From: Azolla caroliniana
Taxonomy: Eukaryota; Plantae; Polypodiophyta
Reading direction: 5' to 3'
Assembly (NCBI GenBank): GCA_043228905.1
Contig: JBHGNT010000975.1
Coordinates: 1 to 13,264, forward strand
DNA length: 13,264 nt
The translations under genes were made by a program, and so were the position numbers. The notes under the pieces were generated by a model. That model did no database searches. It was not told where the DNA came from and saw only the letters and a program-made list of their open reading frames with translations. Shown here piece by piece: positions 8,916 to 13,264 of this stretch. Each line of letters starts with the position of its first letter. Position 1 is the stretch's first letter.

Positions 8916-9694
8916 AGTTAATCACGTGGAACATACAAGGTCTTGGTGGAAGCAAGTGCATGATGGAAAGGAAGAACTTTTGTCAGGAGTTCAAATCCCC
9001 GTGCTTTAAGGGGATCCCGGACATTTTGCTCTTGCAAGAGCATCATTTGTGTGCGGACAGAATCTTGAGTATTGGCAATCCTCTTGAGGGGGATTGGCAT
9101 ACATTTTGGTCTCCAGCTCAGGGTGAGCATGGTAGAAAAGGAGGTGTTTGTACATCTATTAGGCACAATCCGGATATTGTGGTCGTGGGTCAGGACACCA
9201 TAGTGGAGGGACAAGCCATTTGTGTGTCGGTAAGATGGCATCAATGTATAGTTGGGATAGTAAACGTGTATGCTCCCAATTCGTCCGCTTTGCGGGCTGT
9301 TTTTTGGAGGCAATTGGCTGATGGCTTGCCATTTGCAGATGCGTGGATCCTTGCAGGGGATTTTAACATGACTTTGCACACAGAGGACAAGGTGGGTGGC
9401 ACTCATACAGTGGTCCAAGGGTCAGAGTTAGTTGCTTGGGATCTGTTGATGGGACGATTAGGAGTGAAAGATGCATGGTATGCTCTAGAATAGCCTCGGA
9501 GTTCACTAAGCTTTTCAAGAGCAGGTTGTAGTATAAATGGCTTTTGCATGTCTCGCATAGACAGAATTTAAATAAGCTCAGAACTTGAAAAATATGGTAA
9601 TAATGTTGAAATAATCGCTGGTTCAGCTTACTCTGATCATATGCCGGTTCAGATTACGTTAGTCAATTAGAGGAGGCCAAATAGAGACCGCAAC
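8912..9694 (+). pseudogene. LINE ORF2 N-terminal apurinic-type (APE/EEP) endonuclease, interrupted by three in-frame stops
   Basis: MKLITWNIQGL, LLLQEH, VNVYAPN, ILAGDFN, SRIDRI and SDHMPV are all in frame with the RT ORF. Stops are at 9491 (TAG), 9569 (TAA) and 9668 (TAG). Confidence 0.92.
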
Positions 9695-12600
9695 ATGAGG
9701 ATCAATAGTAAGCTTTTTGAGGATGCGGAAGTGGGAAGTAAGATAAGGTGCATATGGGCAACTAAACCAGCTGGTTGTGGTGCACTTGAGACACTTAGTA
9801 GAAAGATTATCGAAACTTCACTATATTTGCACGTAGAGACTAAAAATAGAATTGCAAAGTCTAAAGAAAGAGAAGTGGGATTAAGAAGATCAATAGCAGC
9901 TGCCCAAAGAATGCTTCAGAAAGATCCCACGTGTCAATGGTCTAGAGCCGGTCTTGAGGCTGCTAGAGAAACGTTACAACGGTTGATTACGTCTAGAAAC
10001 ACGATGTTATTCAGGAGTTCCGCGGCATGGTGGAGCAAGAATGGGGATAAGGTAAATCATCAATTTTTTAAGTATAAAAAGCCGAGATCAAACTGTAGTT
10101 GCAATCCTAAGCTGATTAAGGAGGATGGATCAGCATCGGAGGATGTGTCAGAGATCATGGAGGCAATCACAACTCACTATCGTGGGTTACTCTCATACAG
10201 TTCTATTATCCCCGAACAGCCTAATCTAACAGAATTTGTATTGGAGGGTATGCAACAAAGAATTTCAGAGGTTGCACAAGTTCATTTGTCAAGGCCAATC
10301 TTGGAAGAGGAGGTGTCAGATGCTTTGGCGGGTATATGTAGAACGTCTTGTCCAGGCATCGACGGATTATCAAGAGATTTTTTTGAAAACTTTTGGGAAG
10401 TGATTAAGGTTGACTTGGTTGATGGTCTTAATGAGGCATGGGCTCTTGGCCGTTTACCTGAGCATTTTAAAGAGGGGCTGATATTTCTAATTCCAAAGGT
10501 ACAAGGCCTAATAGCTGATGCAAGGCAATGGAGACCGATTACATTGCTCAACACAATATATAAGATTTTTGCCAATATATTGGCCAAGCGGATCAAACCC
10601 CACTTGAATGCACTAATTAATGTTGGACAAACAGGATTCATGGCAAACAGATGCATAATTGATAATGTGTTGACCTTTTGGGAGGCGATTGCCTTGGCAA
10701 AGAAAACCAATCAACATATTGTATGTCTCATGCTTGACTTCGAGAAGGCGTATGACAGAGTACAATGGCCTTCCTTAGATAAAGTGATGGAGAGGTTGGG
10801 ACTACCCTCCAAATGGAGATCGGCTGCGTTAGCCCTTTACGAAGGAAGTTTGAGTAGGGTGATGGTGTCAGGGCATCGGGGCCCACGAATTCCATTATGC
10901 AAGTCTGTCAGGCAAGGGTGCCCGTTGGCCCCCTACCTTTATTTATTTATTGCAGAGGCATTCTCTTTCTTTTTAAACAAACCAGATGCAGGAATAAGGG
11001 GGTTAGTTGTCCCGCAAGCGGGCAAGGAGTTGTTGGACTCATCATACGCAGATGACACTATGCTCTATCTACAAGGCAATGATGATAATTTACAGCTTGC
11101 TGAAAGTCGAATTGAGTTGTTTTGTAGAGCATCAGGAGGGAAAATCAATTGGAACAAAAGCAAGGGATTTTGGGTAAGTTCAAACCCATGGCCTCTTTGG
11201 TGCCCTAATGCTGATTTTCAATGGGTCCCTAATGGAATGGTTGTTAAATATTTGGGTTTTTTGGTGGGCGTTGAGACACCCAAAAATCAGCAACTTGAGC
11301 AAGTGAAAGACAAAATCAGAAAAAAGCTTCGGGTGTGGGCATCAGTAAAGCTCTCTCTTGCAGGTAGGGTGGTCGTGGTAAACCACATTTTGTTAGCCAC
11401 CATGTGGCACTCAGTGGCATGTTGGGTGTTAGACAAAACTTGCATCAAAAATATTAAGGCAATGGTGAGAGGGTTCCTATGGTCGGGTAGAGACCATGAG
11501 AGGGCATCAGCTAAAGTGGCGTGGAGTTGTTTGATCAAGGCGAAAAACCAAGGTGGACTTGGGTTGGTGGATCCAGTTCACCAAAGTAAAGCTTTACTAG
11601 GTAAGCTACTTGTGCGAAGTTTACAACCTGGTCCTGAACTGTGGAAGTTGCTTCTTAGGGATAGAGCTGACCTTTGGTGTCCAAGGAATGGCGGCCCTTG
11701 GAAGGCAAAGATGTGGTGGTTGTTACGTCCAGATTTAAAGCTAAAACAACCAAATAGCATGGAGGACAGGGTGGCCCGTGCCATAATGATGGCTTGGTCA
11801 AGTGTAAGAGATGGGTTGGTCTTAATGCAACCGAAAACATTGGAGGAACAACTCCGACAACCGTTATTTTGGAACCCTAGGATTAGAAACGAGGACGGCA
11901 TGATGCTTGGACAGAAAAAATATTTGCCATGGGGCCGCATGTTAGGGTACAATGTTAGTTCAGTAAGAGAGTGGGATGTTTTCAAAATGAAGAGGAGGGA
12001 GGGTCAGTTTGGTAGCATTTCTTGTAGGCTTGAGAAGGTGATCCAACTGATAAATAAGGTTGTTGATGGTCTAGATAGGTTGGATAAGGAAGAGGGGGTC
12101 TGGTCTGGGTGGTTTGTAGGTGAGAGTGATGGACAAATTATCCGTGGCAAGTGTCCATCTAATGAATATCGTTTGTGGGGAAACCTAAGTGCTTTGTCCG
12201 ACAATGGTCAGTGGTTGGCAGTGCGGGTGGCAGCGTTGGAAGGTAAGAAGTGGCAATTAAACCCAGACCCAGAGAAGCTAGATAATGATTGTAAACTATG
12301 GCTATTGGACAACAAGCCTCTACATGATTTGGAGTGGGATCCACTAGAGGTATGGTGGCAAAAACCGGGAACGAACAAACTGGTGGGGTTTTTTGATTAT
12401 AGTACTAAGCTCGGAAGGCAAATCATTGGCTCCAAATCAGTGGGTGCTGCTCAAACTCGCAATAGTTGGAGGGATAAAGGCATATCAGATGACTTGTTGA
12501 AGTCATTTTGGCGGAGACTATGGGCATCTGATATGCCAGAAAAAATCAAGGTGTGGTTTTGGCTTCTTAGTCATAAGGCGTTACCGGTAGGGGAGTGGGT

Positions 12601-13198
12601 GAGGTCTCGTGGTGGGGAGGCTGGTTGCCTGTTATGTGGTCACTCTTTGGAATCGATACCTCACTGTTTTTGGAATTGTGTAGAGGCAATCAGCATTTGG
12701 GGTCGAAGTCTCAGGATAGTGGCAGCATGCGGGGTGAATGGGAGAGTTGTGTGGGGGTCCTTACAGGGTTTGAAACTAACTAAGGAAGGTTGGGCGGAAC
12801 AATTAAATCCACATGGTCATGGTTTTATATTGCAGGGCGACAGTGTATTCAAAAGTGTTGGAGTAGAACCTGGTACAAACTCTGGTTTTTTTGAGGAGAT
12901 ATGGATGTTGGTGGCATGCTTCTCGGTCTGGCACATTTGGACCAGTCGATGTAGGTTTGTTTTTCAGCAACGAAAACTCCCAAGCGGTGAGGTGTTGCTA
13001 AACATTTGGTTCGAGCTGGTATCTTGGCTGCGCGGACAGTATAACTCAATTGAAGGGAACTCGGATGCAGCAGACAGGGCTCGCTCAAAGTTTTTGCTGA
13101 AATGGGGTCGCTCTCCTATGATGGTTAATTCAGCGTCTGGTCCTAAATGGAATTACCAAGCACCAAGGTGGCTGTTTCCGCCATTGGCTTCGTTGTGA
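9695..13198 (+). CDS. LINE ORF2 reverse transcriptase + C-terminal zf-RVT (intact 1167-aa ORF; remainder of ORF2)
   Basis: CPGIDG, WRPITLLNTIYKI, QTGF, LDFEKAYDRV, RQGCPLAP, YADD (11045-11056), KINWNKS, YLG, then CLLC...ESIPHCFWNC and WHIWTSRCRFVF. No RNase H seen. Confidence 0.93.
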   Translation: MRINSKLFEDAEVGSKIRCIWATKPAGCGALETLSRKIIETSLYLHVETKNRIAKSKEREVGLRRSIAAAQRMLQKDPTCQWSRAGLEAARETLQRLITSRNTMLFRSSAAWWSKNGDKVNHQFFKYKKPRSNCSCNPKLIKEDGSASEDVSEIMEAITTHYRGLLSYSSIIPEQPNLTEFVLEGMQQRISEVAQVHLSRPILEEEVSDALAGICRTSCPGIDGLSRDFFENFWEVIKVDLVDGLNEAWALGRLPEHFKEGLIFLIPKVQGLIADARQWRPITLLNTIYKIFANILAKRIKPHLNALINVGQTGFMANRCIIDNVLTFWEAIALAKKTNQHIVCLMLDFEKAYDRVQWPSLDKVMERLGLPSKWRSAALALYEGSLSRVMVSGHRGPRIPLCKSVRQGCPLAPYLYLFIAEAFSFFLNKPDAGIRGLVVPQAGKELLDSSYADDTMLYLQGNDDNLQLAESRIELFCRASGGKINWNKSKGFWVSSNPWPLWCPNADFQWVPNGMVVKYLGFLVGVETPKNQQLEQVKDKIRKKLRVWASVKLSLAGRVVVVNHILLATMWHSVACWVLDKTCIKNIKAMVRGFLWSGRDHERASAKVAWSCLIKAKNQGGLGLVDPVHQSKALLGKLLVRSLQPGPELWKLLLRDRADLWCPRNGGPWKAKMWWLLRPDLKLKQPNSMEDRVARAIMMAWSSVRDGLVLMQPKTLEEQLRQPLFWNPRIRNEDGMMLGQKKYLPWGRMLGYNVSSVREWDVFKMKRREGQFGSISCRLEKVIQLINKVVDGLDRLDKEEGVWSGWFVGESDGQIIRGKCPSNEYRLWGNLSALSDNGQWLAVRVAALEGKKWQLNPDPEKLDNDCKLWLLDNKPLHDLEWDPLEVWWQKPGTNKLVGFFDYSTKLGRQIIGSKSVGAAQTRNSWRDKGISDDLLKSFWRRLWASDMPEKIKVWFWLLSHKALPVGEWVRSRGGEAGCLLCGHSLESIPHCFWNCVEAISIWGRSLRIVAACGVNGRVVWGSLQGLKLTKEGWAEQLNPHGHGFILQGDSVFKSVGVEPGTNSGFFEEIWMLVACFSVWHIWTSRCRFVFQQRKLPSGEVLLNIWFELVSWLRGQYNSIEGNSDAADRARSKFLLKWGRSPMMVNSASGPKWNYQAPRWLFPPLASL

Positions 13199-13225
13199 AT
13201 ATGTGGTCACCATGGTGGTCACTAT
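13199..13225 (+). other. Predicted RNA stem-loop at the start of the LINE 3' UTR
   Basis: GUGGUCAC-CAUG-GUGGUCAC pairs with two G-U wobbles, extended by AUA/UAU; begins immediately after the ORF2 stop. Confidence 0.45.
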
Positions 13226-13264
13226 GTAAAAAGAGGCAGTGGGTTACTCTTGTTGTAAATAGTT

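Larger units (their letters stand above)
8580..13264 (+). mobile_element. L1-clade LINE (non-LTR retrotransposon), 5'-truncated; 3' end/tail outside the window
   Basis: ORF1 C-terminal remnant, then APE endonuclease, RT and zf-RVT in a single frame. The 5' junction is uncertain (~8540-8640). Confidence 0.93.

Noticed and set aside
9478-9672. In-frame intron (TG|GTATGC ... TTAGAG|G, 195 nt) removing all three endonuclease stops
   Set aside because: It needs a rare GAG acceptor, the nearer TAG acceptor would create a TGA, and the segment encodes conserved SRIDR/SDH motifs. Not supported without RNA-seq.
8918-13088. Antisense and alternate-frame ORFs inside the LINE (e.g. 8918..9418, 10282..10710, 11578..11985)
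   Set aside because: Shadow ORFs of the long ORF2 with no recognisable motifs.
9695-13198. Group II intron maturase, retron, DGR or telomerase RT
   Set aside because: The upstream in-frame APE endonuclease, PGxDG motif and zf-RVT identify a LINE ORF2.

Overview
Eukaryotic, land-plant-like DNA (probably a non-seed plant; this is inference from the LINE and F-box style) made up mostly of nested, decayed transposable elements around one disrupted host gene. In order: (1) the 5' end of a Ty1/copia LTR retrotransposon on the minus strand (LTR, PBS, frameshifted gag), running off the left edge; (2) an AT-rich spacer with a possible very old Ty3/gypsy integrase relic and three tandem-repeat arrays; (3) a frameshifted F-box/F-box-associated beta-propeller pseudogene on the minus strand; (4) a second, unrelated Tnt1-like copia 5' end on the plus strand (LTR, degenerate PBS, gag with premature stops), cut off before or at the protease; (5) a minus-strand relic of an unidentified, probably transposase-associated ORF; (6) a 5'-truncated L1-clade LINE. 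The LINE's ORF1 stop overlaps the ORF2 start (ATGA), its endonuclease carries three clustered nonsense codons, and its RT plus zf-RVT region is an intact 1167-aa ORF followed by a 3' stem-loop. I see no CRISPR array, rRNA or tRNA. I cannot claim a new biological system from sequence alone. The best leads are the EN-dead/RT-intact LINE and two tandem arrays that appear to share a core motif downstream of the F-box gene.
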